From Craspedostauros australis (lineage: Eukaryota): a stretch of DNA of 64,000 nt. Location: contig JALAGF010006658.1 of the NCBI GenBank assembly GCA_030167865.1, positions 1 through 64,000 on the forward strand, given 5' to 3'. This document shows positions 11,141-22,962 of this stretch, one piece after another (position 1 is the stretch's first letter; every line of letters begins with the position of its first letter). The notes under the pieces are model-generated. The model ran no database searches. It worked only from the letters and a program-made list of their open reading frames with translations, and was not told where the DNA came from. Made by a program: the position numbers and the translations under genes.

Positions 11141-12620
11141 ATGTCGTTGATGGCGAAGCAACAAAAGGCGAAGGCCGAGGAATTCATCAGCGCCGCAGAA
11201 AGCAAGCTGCAGAGTAAAGGATGGAGCATGTTCTCCAGCAAGGAGCGCGATGCGGAAGATGCCGCGGAGGCCTACGAGAAGGCGGCCAACGCCTACAAGG
11301 TCGGAGGTCTGCATCAGGAGGCAGGCGATGCCTACATGAAGGCCGCCGATCTCTACCGCACCAAGGCCAACAGTCCCACGGACGCGTCCAAGTGCATCAA
11401 CAACGCTGGTAGGTCACATGGAGTGCTACGCTCTCAGCGTGCTCGCAGTCGTGCCAACATTCCCATCATCCACAATGATGGAAGGCAGTACGGGTGGAGG
11501 AGTCTTGAGCGCCATGATGATTCGCATCGATCATTGCACCATCCAAGCGAGGCATGGATAGATGGATGGATGCATGCATGCATCTTTCCAACAAAATACA
11601 TGTGCAAGCACAAAGCAAGGCAAAGCACCTGGTCCGCAGAATTCCCGGTCGGCCAAATGTTCTGTCTTCTTCCACTGCACTTGCATTCGGAATTTGTGGT
11701 CGCACCCTGACGCACGTCTTTGCAGCAATGCAGGCACTACTGCGTACTATATGGTTCACTCCATCGGTGCTCTGCCCGACTGTGTTGAGTATCTGCATGC
11801 TTGTATTCTTATTCTGGCACTGTCGTCACTGCATCGCCACGCATCTCATTCGTGCATTTCACCTCATTCATTCGTTCATCATTTCATCGATCATGCCATC
11901 CATTACTCCACGCATCGAATATCCCTCCGCAACAACCGAGCAGCCACCATGTACTCCAAATGCAATCCCGCTGCCGCCGTCGATACCTACAAGCAGGCCA
12001 TCGCACTGTACACCGACAGCGGCCGCATCGTGCAGGCTGCCAAGCTCTCCAAGGAAGTCGCCACCATCTACGAGACTGAACAAATTGACGCTGACGGCAA
12101 GTCCTACGTCGTCCTGGCGATGGAGGCCTACGAGCAGGCATCGCAACTCTTCGAGATGGAGAACTCCAAATCGCAGGCCTCGCAATGCCTGGCCAAGATC
12201 GCCGAGCTCTGCAGCGCGGCCTTGACCCCGCCCGATTACGAACGCGCCGCGCAGATCTACGGGGACATGGGACGCCGGTGCTTGGACTCCAATCTGCTCA
12301 AGTTCAATGCCAAGGGCCATTTCTTGCATTCCATCATGTGCGTGCTGGCCCGCAACGACGCCGTGGGTGCCCAGCAGGCGCTGGCCAAGTTCCAGAGCCT
12401 CGATTACACCTTCGCGGACTCGCGCGAAGGCAAGTTCGCTGCCCAGATTGTGGAGTGCGTCGACGGCATGGACGTGGAAGGCTTTGCCACGGCGTGCTTT
12501 GAATTCGATCGCATCACCAAGTTGGATCCGTGGAAGACATCCGTTCTCAACAATATCCGGCAGCTGATTGCGGATGATGACGGCGGCGACGACGACGATG
12601 ATGATGTCGATCTCACCTAA
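11141..12620 (+). CDS. SEC17: Alpha-SNAP (exons 11141-11408, 11944-12620)
   Basis: EDAAEAYEKAANAYK; a phase-1 intron GTAGGT..CAG restores CINNAATMYSKCNP; LLKFNAK, TFADSREGKF, FDRITKLDPWKT, acidic tail ending DLT. Confidence 0.95.
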
Positions 12621-12920
12621 GCGGATTGGAATTTGGGTGTCGTGGAATACGAGTTGTATGATGGCATTCACTCGACTCCACGCTATCCAAATTACGCCGC
12701 GTCATGAAGACGATGCAGTGCCACACGCCTCCCGTGCTGCAGTAAAGTTGAAATAACATTGAAAATAGCTCCCTCCATACTATTTTATTGCGCATGACAT
12801 GCTATCACAATACTCGTCATAATAATAACACTAACGAGATGCACATTTAGTATTGCAGTTCGTTGGGTGCGGATGTGCAAAATTGGACCGTACCACAAGT
12901 TGTATCACTGTGTGCGTCAA

Positions 12921-14591
12921 CTACACGCTCTCATGCGGACGCAGATCTTCACGACACAACGGACAGCAGGTTTGCTGAGCGGGTCGATACTGCAGATGCC
13001 GTGCCCGCGCCTGCGGTGACAGGTTGGGATCCAATTGCCAATTGCCGCCGATCCATCCCACCAGACACTCCTCGTGAAAGATGTGGCCGCATTTCGTGCG
13101 CACGATGGCATCCTTGCGAACGCGCTGCCATTGTTTCGGCCGTTTCTCGTCGTCGTCTTGCGATTCCTGCGGACCGCCAAAACTGAGCAGCGGCCCCAGC
13201 AACGTCCGCGTCGCGCTGTGCGTGGAGGAATCCGACACCGTCGTCGTTGCATCGTGCTGGTCACCGTCTTCGACATCGCACAGCGCCACATCCAAGCCGT
13301 GCGCGATCGGTGCCGTCACAGGAAAGTCGCACATGCAGATGCAGCATTCTTTGGCAAATTCGATGGACTTGGATTCTGTGGGAGTCGGAGACGAAATGAC
13401 GACGCAGCTGATGGAATCCTGCGATGCGTCGGAAATCAATTGAACACGTTCCAAACTGTCCAGGATTTCTGCCGTCGTGATGCCCGTGGGGTTGTTGGGT
13501 CGGAACATGGAGGAGGCGTCGTCGTGGAACCGCTGCGTCATGGAGTCCGCATCGGCCGACGCGCGGCGACGGAACCACAGGTAGATGCATGGCAGGAAGA
13601 GCAGCGGCAGGATCAACGCGAATGTGAACATCTCCAACGTGGTGACGTAGATGCTGAGCGCCTGGTAGAGGTTGGGGCAGGTCGCCTCGCACGTGTTGAT
13701 GACGGGTGGTATCACGTCCGATTGCGGATCGTCATCCGCCAGCAGCATGTCGCTGTACTGGCTGTAGTACTCGCTGTCCGGCGTGAGGACATCCTCCCGA
13801 CATACCTGAAGGAGGTTGACTCCGGCGTAGACGTAGAGGATACAGATGGTGTGGAAGGTCTGGTCGTAGACGCGCACGGGTATCGGACGGATGGGCCCGT
13901 CGTGCTCCCTGGTGTAGCCGAAGAGGCTCGATCGTATCTGCGCGTGCTGCGGGATGTAAATAACGAGGATCAAGGAGGCGAGGGCGTACAGATGCATGGG
14001 CTGCGAGCACGCCCTCCACATATCGATCGAGGATGCCGTGTAGAGAACCCAGAGCAAGGTGAAGGCGACGAGCGTGCCCAGCGGGACGATGGGCCACGTG
14101 ATGGCGGAGAAGAGACATCGCAACCGCCGCGTGAGCGATCCGATCATGCCATCGCGTGGTGCCGGCGCGTTGCGATCCGTAGTCGTCCGCTGCGGCGTCT
14201 GATCCGCGTCCGATCGTTGTGTTTGTTCGACTCCATCGAGACCGGCATCTGGAAAGGTTTGGTGCTGACCAGTGGCGTTGGGTGGAATGAGCGTGGCCAG
14301 GACATCATCAGCGCCGTTTGAATGAGATAACTGAAGGCTGTCGTCGCTGGTGGCACCGTCGGATTCGGATAGTTGGAGACTGCCGTCGCTGGTGGTGGTG
14401 TCGGATTCGGATAGCTCAAGACTGTCATTGCTGGCGGTGACGTCTGAATCAGATAGTTCGAGGCTGTTGTCGTTGGTGGCACCGTACATCGATCTGCTTG
14501 GCGCTTCCGAGTTCGAGTGGGATGCCATCAAGGACGTTGCGCCTGCCGACGTTGCTGGCAACAGCCGCTGATGTTCTGTCGTGCGTGGCAT
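12921..14591 (-). CDS. Membrane-anchored RING-H2 E3 ubiquitin ligase
   Basis: About four TM segments, then CCIC...TKCGHIFHEECLVGW...CPLCR. Confidence 0.85.
   Translation of the reverse strand: MPRTTEHQRLLPATSAGATSLMASHSNSEAPSRSMYGATNDNSLELSDSDVTASNDSLELSESDTTTSDGSLQLSESDGATSDDSLQLSHSNGADDVLATLIPPNATGQHQTFPDAGLDGVEQTQRSDADQTPQRTTTDRNAPAPRDGMIGSLTRRLRCLFSAITWPIVPLGTLVAFTLLWVLYTASSIDMWRACSQPMHLYALASLILVIYIPQHAQIRSSLFGYTREHDGPIRPIPVRVYDQTFHTICILYVYAGVNLLQVCREDVLTPDSEYYSQYSDMLLADDDPQSDVIPPVINTCEATCPNLYQALSIYVTTLEMFTFALILPLLFLPCIYLWFRRRASADADSMTQRFHDDASSMFRPNNPTGITTAEILDSLERVQLISDASQDSISCVVISSPTPTESKSIEFAKECCICMCDFPVTAPIAHGLDVALCDVEDGDQHDATTTVSDSSTHSATRTLLGPLLSFGGPQESQDDDEKRPKQWQRVRKDAIVRTKCGHIFHEECLVGWIGGNWQLDPNLSPQARARHLQYRPAQQTCCPLCREDLRPHESV
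14298..14465 (-). repeat. Coding tandem repeat, 4 x 42 bp (14 aa, SL[E/Q]LS.SD.....D)
   Basis: SLELSDSDVTASND / SLELSESDTTTSDG / SLQLSESDGATSDD / SLQLSHSNGADD. Confidence 0.85.
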
Positions 14592-14799
14592 GGTGGATGG
14601 TATCTACCGATGTCTCCAAGTATTATATGATCTGTATTAGTACAAGGACGAGTACGAGTATACCCGTGTGTTGTTGGCCCAGTGTTCGGCTGATCGTATG
14701 GCACTCCTCGATGGCGTACGACTATTGGGTACGCGTATGGGTATGGAGTGTATGGGAGCAATGTGCAGACCAGAGCTTCTGATGTGCACGGAAGCGTTT

Positions 14800-14985
14800 G
14801 ATGTGGCCTTGTATGTTGCCTTGTATGTTGCCTTGTATGTGGCCTTGTATGGTGCGAGTATCTGCACGACCACTGACACAAGTCTCACGAATCTCCTGAT
14901 GGTGATGGATGCAGTTGATAGGATGTTGGTTCCTTCGTTGCGACCAATCTGATGCAATCTGGTGCAATCTGATGCAATCTGATGG
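14800..14985. repeat. Two short tandem arrays upstream of the RING gene (12-mer gccttgtatgt[t/g] about 4x; 10-mer caatctgatg about 4x)
   Basis: Directly visible at about 14801-14851 and 14945-14984. Confidence 0.8.
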
Positions 14986-16204
14986 GATGAGGATTGGTTG
15001 CGTCCAGGAGAAGTCCGCTGGTCAATTGGGCGATTCGACAGTGAATCAGTCGGCTGCTTCTCTGGTTCGTCGCTGAGATGATTGAATGCTGCGTTTCTCT
15101 GCGTTCTTTTGGCAGCGGAAGATGAGGATCTGTTCTGTGATCTTCTTCTCTCCGCTCTGGTGTTGCTTGGCAGCAGCTCGCGCAGTTGCTTTTGTGATGG
15201 GTTCCTCTTTCTCTTGCTCGTCTCTGTTCAACTGCCGTCCTTTCCTTCCCTCTTCTCGTTTCTTTGCTGCTGGCTCCTCAAGGCCCGTACGTGCGCGACA
15301 GAGAAGATGAGACAAGGTAAACAGGAGAGTGGTGGTTCGTTGTCCAGTGCGGCTAGTTGTCCAGTGCGACTACTTGCACGAATGCTCTCTCCGCTTGTGC
15401 TCCGCTTCCGTTGTGAGTTTCGCGATTTGTGCGTACTTCTATTTTGTCGTGTTGATGTCCACGTTGATGCCCACGTTGATGTCTGGGTGCTAATTCTGCC
15501 TCCCTTGCATTTCGTCACGTTTGCACTGTTCGTGCGGAACGATTCGCTCCATCGCTCTTCTGTTTTACGGTCTTGTTGTTCTTTTGTGCCATGCCCCATA
15601 GACTAACATAGATATTGATCATACTAAGTCTCATTTTGCTTAAATTCTGATAATAACGTCTCCGTTACGCCAAACGTGCACAGTATTATTTGAAGACGTG
15701 CAGTTCGGTTACGCAAAGGAGTTTGAATCCATCTCACACACAAAAACAACACGACAACAGTACTCGCAAGAGAGAACACCAAGAAACATGCATTTCAATT
15801 TCTTGATTTGAGTTGGCGGATGATTGGTTTCTTCCCACCGATTCCTCTTTTCCATCTGTTCACCCTGTGCGCTACCAAGAAGTGGTCGATCATTGTGCAC
15901 ATGTGACAACACACGAGACGTGACGAAACGAAATGAAACGATCCTTGCGCAAGTACCATACCATACCATACTATGAATACGTGTGCATGTATAGCATAAT
16001 AGAGTACTGGCACCACACAACGCGAGGCGAAACGGGAAAAGGCGAGATCAACCAAGAAAGCACAAAGGCGCCATTGTCACACAATCCATCCTTTGCTTGG
16101 ATTCCATCATCAAGTGAGACTTCAGACTTCGACCACGGCGAGAGTATCAGCAAGAACAACAGCGACGACATTGACGGCAAGAACGGCAACACCAAGGAGC
16201 GACC

Positions 16205-18428
16205 ATGATGGCAACTACTGCATCCAACTTCGCGCTGATCTTCCTCGCTGTCCATGCCATTGCTGGCATCGATGGCGCGAGAATGAGAGGCGTACATTCG
16301 CACCCCCATTCGCACAATGGACAACGAGTCCACTCGAATGTGTTTGGCGCCAAGCATGGCAATGGCAAGACCGGATCGTCCAGTCCACGACGTCGTGCCC
16401 AGGACACGGAATCCACCTATGCCAAGGGGAAAGGCAAGGGCAAAGGGAAGGGACACTGGAGAGAGACGTCGGCACCCACTGCGAATCCAACATCTCTCCC
16501 AACGATACGAACGGATGCTCCATCTTTGACACCGACCATGGCGCCAACAAGCCCGCCATCCGCGGCAACACCCACAGCAGCGCCCACGACGGCAGCGCCC
16601 ACAGCAACACCAACGGCATCAACGGGAACGCCCACGACAGCAACACCAACAAGAACACCGACGCATGCACCGAGCAAGACAACGACCACATCAGCGCCAA
16701 CGGGAACGCCCACGACAGCAACACCAACAAGACCGCCAACGTCGGCACCCACCACGATGCCAAGCTTCGACTTTGGAAGTAGACTCGAAGCACCCACATC
16801 CATGCCCACGGCTGCATCAGTGTCCACTTCCAACACAGCAGAACCATCCAATCCATCGCCGGATACTCAGACGGAGGCACCCACGATGTCGCCAGGGACG
16901 GACCCAACTGAAACGGACGCGCCCACTGTCTCTCCGACAGATGTCAACGGCGGTGGCACTGACAACAGTCCAACCGCCAACCCAACAGCAACCAGTGGAG
17001 GCGACAACGACAACAGCACCACCGCAGCGCCAACACCCACGAATCCATTCAGCTCAGCCCGTAAGTCCACCAAGATGGCTGGAGTTTTCCCCATGTTGTT
17101 TCACTCAACTAGTCTCTCACATCAACCACCTACCTTTGTCGCATCGAACGCTCTCCCTCTCTTCGCATTCTGCTTCCATCATCCAAAACCTTCCATCAAC
17201 AACAACAAAACCACTAACACAACACCAATATGAACAGTGACCTGTCCAGGCCTGCCTGTCGATCGTGAGGAAGTGCTCACCTGGGAGTACTCACTCGAGA
17301 TCGACACGTCCACCACCTCGCTCACTACCGAAGAAGTGCAGAGCCTGTTCGAGATCAGTCTGCTCAGCGAAATGGTAGGCCTGCTCAGCTGCGAACTACC
17401 ATCGTCACGACGGAGATCGCTCGTTTCAGAGGTCGGCGTCAATGGCATCAGCTACGATCCGTCTGATCAATCGTCGACCACCAAGAGTACGTCTGCCCAA
17501 TCCAGCATGTTGCTTCTTGTGTCATCTTCTACTTTCATGCGATGTCGAATCAATCCAGCGCATCAGCTCGTCCCTCATCCTTTCCTTCTTGTCAACACAC
17601 TCCACTGCATTTATCCCGCCATACTCTATCTCCTCTTCTGCTTCACCAGCATGCGCGCCGTCAGTCGATGCATCCAACACCTGCGTCGTCATCAATGGCC
17701 GGATGAACATGTACCTTGACCCAGATGCGGACTTGGCTGCTGCTGAATTCGAAGGACGCACCATCATCAAGGACACCATGGACAAGGCATCCACAGGCGT
17801 TTCGTCCACCGGTGTTGTGGATGCCACCTACCTTGGCCCGGATCTGGGCACAGCCGATGCTGTCACGCGCGGTGGCGACGGGGGTGAAGACGTCGCCGCC
17901 AACAACGGGGTGTCGCTCGGTGCAGTCATCTTCCTCGCCCTGTCCGCCATCGTGGTCGTCGTGGCATTCGTCGTCGGTTACGGATACCGTGGCAGACGAG
18001 GCAATCGGGAGGACCTCACGGTTGCGGCAGCATCCAACCTCTCTGCTCTCAACGAGTCCTCGTTCTCCAACCTCGATCGATCCATGCAGCGTTCCCACGA
18101 GATCGACCAAGTCGATGACCCGGATGCCGACAGCGAAAGATACCTCACATTGCAAGCCTCCGGGTCGAGCGATGTCATGACGATGAGCGCGATCTGGGAG
18201 GAAGATGAAGACGAATCCACCGTCCAATCTCGCAACGGCCTTGTCATGTCCGACTCTGGATACACCACGGAGGAGGATTCCGTGTCGAACCACACGCGAG
18301 TGGACTACGAGAACATGAAGATGCTAGTGGATCAACCGGTGCTCGGGGCGCTCGGCATGGTCGAAGACGACGATGAAATGGATGATGCTGACATGATTTT
18401 CTCGAACGCGCCATCATCCTTGCCCTAG
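16205..18428 (+). CDS. Diatom cell-surface type I membrane protein: signal peptide, KG repeat, Pro/Thr mucin-like stalk, Cys-containing domain, TM (exons 16205-17060, 17238-17486, 17650-18428)
   Basis: Two phase-1 introns (GTAAGT..CAG, GTACGT..CAG) join three ORFs in frame; AKGKGKGKGKG, APT repeats, RRRSL, TM LGAVIFLALSAIVVVVAFVVGYGY followed by RGRR. Confidence 0.8.
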
Positions 18429-19261
18429 AAAGAAGGGAGAGGATGATCTTGCGACGCACATATTACCCCACTCGATGTACCAACTGCCGTTTACAAACTG
18501 TGGATAGATGAAATGTTCCAGAGATACGCTACTATACATGGTGTGGAAAGTGAAGATGCAGCATTCACAGGGCAGATATGATCCAATGTGGACTTTGCCC
18601 TGATACGATGGACGCTCTATCAACATATAGTACGATTACTACTCTACATACACAATGCCACTTTCCAAACGAGTCTCGTACGATCCTTGCACAAACCAAA
18701 CCGCTTTACTGTCCTCGACGAAGGACTCATCCATGGTCTTTTCGACTTTGGATGATCTACTGATGCCTGAGCACTTCACGAAGCCACGGACACACGTCAA
18801 GGATTCGGCGATTGTCAGACGACTTGTGCACAATCCCATGGAGGTGGAGGCATTTTTCGTTCCCTCTGGAGCTCTCATCCATGGAACTCGTGATGAGTTT
18901 TACGTGCAACGCCAGAGTCCAAAATGTTGTATGTGTGTTGCCATACATTTATGTGTGTCACCTGTCTGAAGGCGAGATGATTGCGGTTGGAACAGAAAAC
19001 AAGAGGATTACTTAAGCTAGCGAGCGAATGTATAACGTTCATACACGAATGTTGTTATTATAATCAACGGAGATAGCGTGACGGTTAAATCCCTATGTGA
19101 GCGAGCCAGCCGCGACTTTTCTTGGCAAAAGCATCATGTGACTGGCAGATTGGCAAACGCAAATGTCTGTTGCGGTGTTGTCACAAAGTGGAACGCTTCG
19201 CACAAGCAGCCATAAAACGAGGAACGCCATCGTGAGAAAGGCAGACAAGAAGGAAGGAACG

Positions 19262-20167
19262 ATGCTGAAGCTGACACCAGAACAACGTCTCGAACGCAAG
19301 CGGCAGGCCGCGAGGGTCCGGCAGCAACGATGCCGCGCAAGGAAACGCCAGGCCCTGAAGGATGAACGCCGGAAGTTGGGGGAAGGCAAGATGTTCAACA
19401 ATCCGCTGATAGTCTCCAAGCCCAAAGCGGTGACGCCGGAACGCAGGACGGTGACGGACACCAAGATGCAGGCGTCAATGATCACACCCAGCAAACCCAT
19501 CGTCAAGGCGATATCCTTCGACTCGCACAGATCACCCGAGGACCAGCCGTACTCCCCGCGCTCGGCCATGCACCCACCGTACATGATGTCGCATCCCATG
19601 CCACCCAAGTTCCATCCGACTTACTACCAACCCATCCCGTCGGATCCGCACCAGAGGCAGCACCATCGCCACCGCCATCATCAGCAGCGCCAGCAACCAC
19701 ATCATCGCCAGCCACCTCAGTCGCACTATCTGCCTCATCATCGCGCACAGCAGCACCAGCTTGAGCACCAGCTGGATGAGAAGGACCGCAAGCCCGTCAT
19801 CACAAGGAGCGTATCACAGGAAAGCAACGGAGAATCCAACGGAAGCGCTGACGCCAAGGCTCAATCCGAAGAAGCGGCGGCTATTGAGGCCATGCTCTCC
19901 CTCAAAGCATCACCCACTCAAGGATCTCCATCTCCCAAACAGGAGGAACCCACGCCCCACCATCACGTCACAACCCACCTCCCACCTAAGCCATACCCCA
20001 CATGGAACGTGCCACCGCACTACGGATACAGCAACAACAGCAGTAGCAGCAGCAGCCCCCGCCACGGTTACACGTACCCCAAGCACGCCAGCGGGTATCG
20101 ATATCCTCCTCACATGCGCACGTACGCCTACGATGGATACCATCGACGTGCACCATGCCCGTACTAG
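19262..20167 (+). CDS. Putative transcriptional regulator with a bZIP-like basic region
   Basis: EQRLERKRQAARVRQQRCRARKR basic helix, His/Gln/Pro-rich disorder, AAIEAMLSLK motif. An alternative upstream ATG exists at 19163. Confidence 0.6.
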   Translation: MLKLTPEQRLERKRQAARVRQQRCRARKRQALKDERRKLGEGKMFNNPLIVSKPKAVTPERRTVTDTKMQASMITPSKPIVKAISFDSHRSPEDQPYSPRSAMHPPYMMSHPMPPKFHPTYYQPIPSDPHQRQHHRHRHHQQRQQPHHRQPPQSHYLPHHRAQQHQLEHQLDEKDRKPVITRSVSQESNGESNGSADAKAQSEEAAAIEAMLSLKASPTQGSPSPKQEEPTPHHHVTTHLPPKPYPTWNVPPHYGYSNNSSSSSSPRHGYTYPKHASGYRYPPHMRTYAYDGYHRRAPCPY

Positions 20168-20929
20168 AGCGATTCTGGGATGGGGGAACAGCAATCGAAC
20201 GACGCGTGTGAATAAATGTGGTGTGCAGAGCTAGCAATACATGGTAGGAGTAGGAACAATGTGATACAAACTGGAGTAAATGGATAATGAGCAAAGTAGT
20301 GTAATACGTCCTTGCTCGAGTGAATGTTTGTATCCGTAGCATCATAGGAGACTCACGAGTGAATTCAAGTTTGCTTACTTCAAGTCTCTGTTGGTGCGCT
20401 TGTGTTCTTTCATGCCTCGTCGGCGACGTCCGTTGTGTTGTTCTGCGTTCTCGACACTCACCTCAGCAAGAAGTCTCCATTTCGATGTGATGAGGTAATC
20501 GTTGCATTCGTAAAACAGTCGCGCATCTCCACCAAAGAGGACACCTCAAATTTCGGTCCCTGCTGGTCGCCAACAATTGCCCAACAGACCTGTCGCCAAC
20601 GACTCTATGCACGAAGGCGGCAGAATTGACAAGAAGAATGCGGTGAGGCAGATTGCGGGACTTGAGAGAGAAAGAGTGAATAAAATTACGACGAGTAATA
20701 GTAGTGCTACGCACAGTCCTCGGAATATTTCAACAGTACGCGTGAAACAGGCTTGGGAAAGGTGATTTATTTGCAACACGAAGGTCGAGTGCAATACTCG
20801 ACGAGCTAGAGTACTCAAGAAGCACTCTATGGTACGCGTATGGTACGAGTATGCAGAATGGAGCCGAGAGAGTGCGTGTTGGTGCACTCCAATCCAAACT
20901 CCATCCAACTCGACTCAGCTCTCTACTCT

Positions 20930-22451
20930 CTAGTTGGTAGCGAATCGAATCTTTCGAAGCGCCGCCTTCATGGCGTCCACGCGATCGTTCTTGACGTTGA
21001 ATTCCTCCGCACGCTTGAGTCGTTTCTTGAGCTCCTCTTCCGACAGTTCCTCAAATGGATTGGATGCCTTGTCGCTGTCCATTCTTTGACGCTTGCTTGA
21101 TCGTGTGTTGGAATTGCCACCGGAAAGATTGTTCTTGCCGCCCCGTGCATTCGCCCCCTTCTGTGTCACGACCGGTATGCCGAAACGTTGCGCCCGCAAT
21201 CGCTTCTTCTCTTCGAATGTCATTGTGCTGCCCTTGGTGGCAGGCTTTGGTGCGACAGGATCCGCCTTCTTCTCGGGAGAAGCCTCCTTCTTGACGGGAG
21301 TGACTGCTGCTGGGGCTGCCGCCGCTTCTGGCTTGGCCTCTTCTTCTCCGTCAGCTGGCTTGTCATCATCGGCAGCAGCTTCCTCCTCCTCCTCCTTCTC
21401 TTCCTTGGTATCTACTGCGTCCTTGGGTTCTTCCTTCTTGATGGCAGCAGCGTCGCTGCTCGCGTCCGTTGTCTCAGCGGCCTTCTTTGTGGGCGTGGTC
21501 GATGCAGCACCACCAGCCAGGTCAAGTCCGAATTCTTCTTCGTCCAGCCGGGCTTGCAATCGTATGACGAGCTCCATCTTCTTGCCTGCCGTTGACAGTC
21601 CTTTCTTCTGCAGCTCCGCACGGAGCTCCGTCACTGTTCGTTCGGTGAGTGCAATATAGTGTAGAGTAAAACATTGGCAGTGTGTGAATGCCGAGTGATG
21701 GTGTGGAATGGGATGTCGCATGCATTATCAATATTGTGAAAGCATGATGCGTAGGGCAGAGTATCCCAAAGCAACAAGGGTACGGATTGACGCGATAGGA
21801 TAGTTCCAACCAGGGTGGCCACGAGGTGTGAGTTGTATTGAGGAATTGGCGATGTTGCGTGATATGACACGGGATAGAGTCGCGTAGCACGGTATGATAC
21901 GATGTGATATGATAGAATGATGTGATACGATGCACGAGCAAAGAGAGTGGAGGCTTCATCCGGTGCCCTTGTCGATGTAGTAATCGTTGGAATTGTTCCA
22001 TTCCATTCCGTTCCATTCATCCATTGAGTTGGGCATGATCGTATCATACAATACTCGTACGTGCGTTTGGTGCATGAAGTATTGGTACGTATGGTATGAG
22101 GATGGCATTCTTCGTGGTCGTTGAATATGGAATAGTCAAGGCGTCAAGGCAGCACTCGAGGATGACACGATTGTGTGGTTGATGACCGCCTCGTCTTGCC
22201 TATGAGGAATGGGAATGGACTGCGCTTGTTTCCTTGCTTTGCCTCTTTCTCTTTCTCTTCGCATTGCCTCACATGGCCTCACATCGTAGCGTAGCGCAGT
22301 GCAGTGCATCATACGTAGTGCATCGCACAGAGTCGCGCGGGTGGGTTTTGCCCGTTGATTCAGATGTTCGCCATTTTGATTCGATGACGATTTGATTCGT
22401 TCGTGTAATACTCTATCCCGCACCTTTCATCTTGTTGAGTTCCCCTGCCAT
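20930..22451 (-). CDS. SARNP: SAP-domain ribonucleoprotein, SARNP/Tho1/MOS11-like (exons 22451-22424, 21633-20930)
   Basis: A 28-nt first exon MAGELNKMK+G|GTGCGG splices to CAG|TG, giving KMKVTELRAELQKKGLSTAGKKMELVIRL (SAP domain); C-terminal KKRLRAQRFG and KRLKRAEEF motifs. Confidence 0.85.
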
Positions 22452-22962
22452 CTTGACGGCTTCTGTTGGTGCTTTTGAGTTGTCGTTTGCGTGATTACTG
22501 CTCTTGCTTTGTCTTCTTTGACATTGCTATGGTGTGGTGGAGTGGAGTGGAGTGGAGTGGAGCGGAGTAATTGTAATAGTCAAAGTGGCTTGTGTTTGTC
22601 TTGGATTCAAACGATGATGGTGGAGGGATGCGGGCTGTCGTCAATTTCTTGTGTGTCCTGTCTTCGCCGTTCTCCACAGTGGTGCTGGGTTGTGCTGTTG
22701 GCCTGTATTTTTGGTGTCGTGTCGTTGCGTTGCGTCGTCATGGTCATTTTCATTCTCCACAAAGGACGACGTACAGACCATCCCATGAGTCACGAATCAA
22801 TATGAGTCACGATGATCCAACTCGCGAAAAGGAAACAACACAAATTCAAAAATCTGGAAAATCCATCCACTCCTCTCACTTCTTTCCCCACCATCGCACA
22901 AATGTAGCAACAAGAAGGTCGATGCCGTGGCTAGTCAGCAGTGACAAGGTGTTCCTGGCCAC

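Noticed and set aside
11514..11710. C/D-box-like motifs (ATGATGA...CTGA) in the alpha-SNAP intron
   Set aside because: Spacing is about 195 nt, no terminal stem is visible and the interior is microsatellite-rich.
14800..14985. Short repeat arrays as a possible CRISPR
   Set aside because: Head-to-tail 10-12-mers without spacers, eukaryotic context, no cas genes.
18655..18969. 104-aa ORF
   Set aside because: No recognisable motif or splice context.
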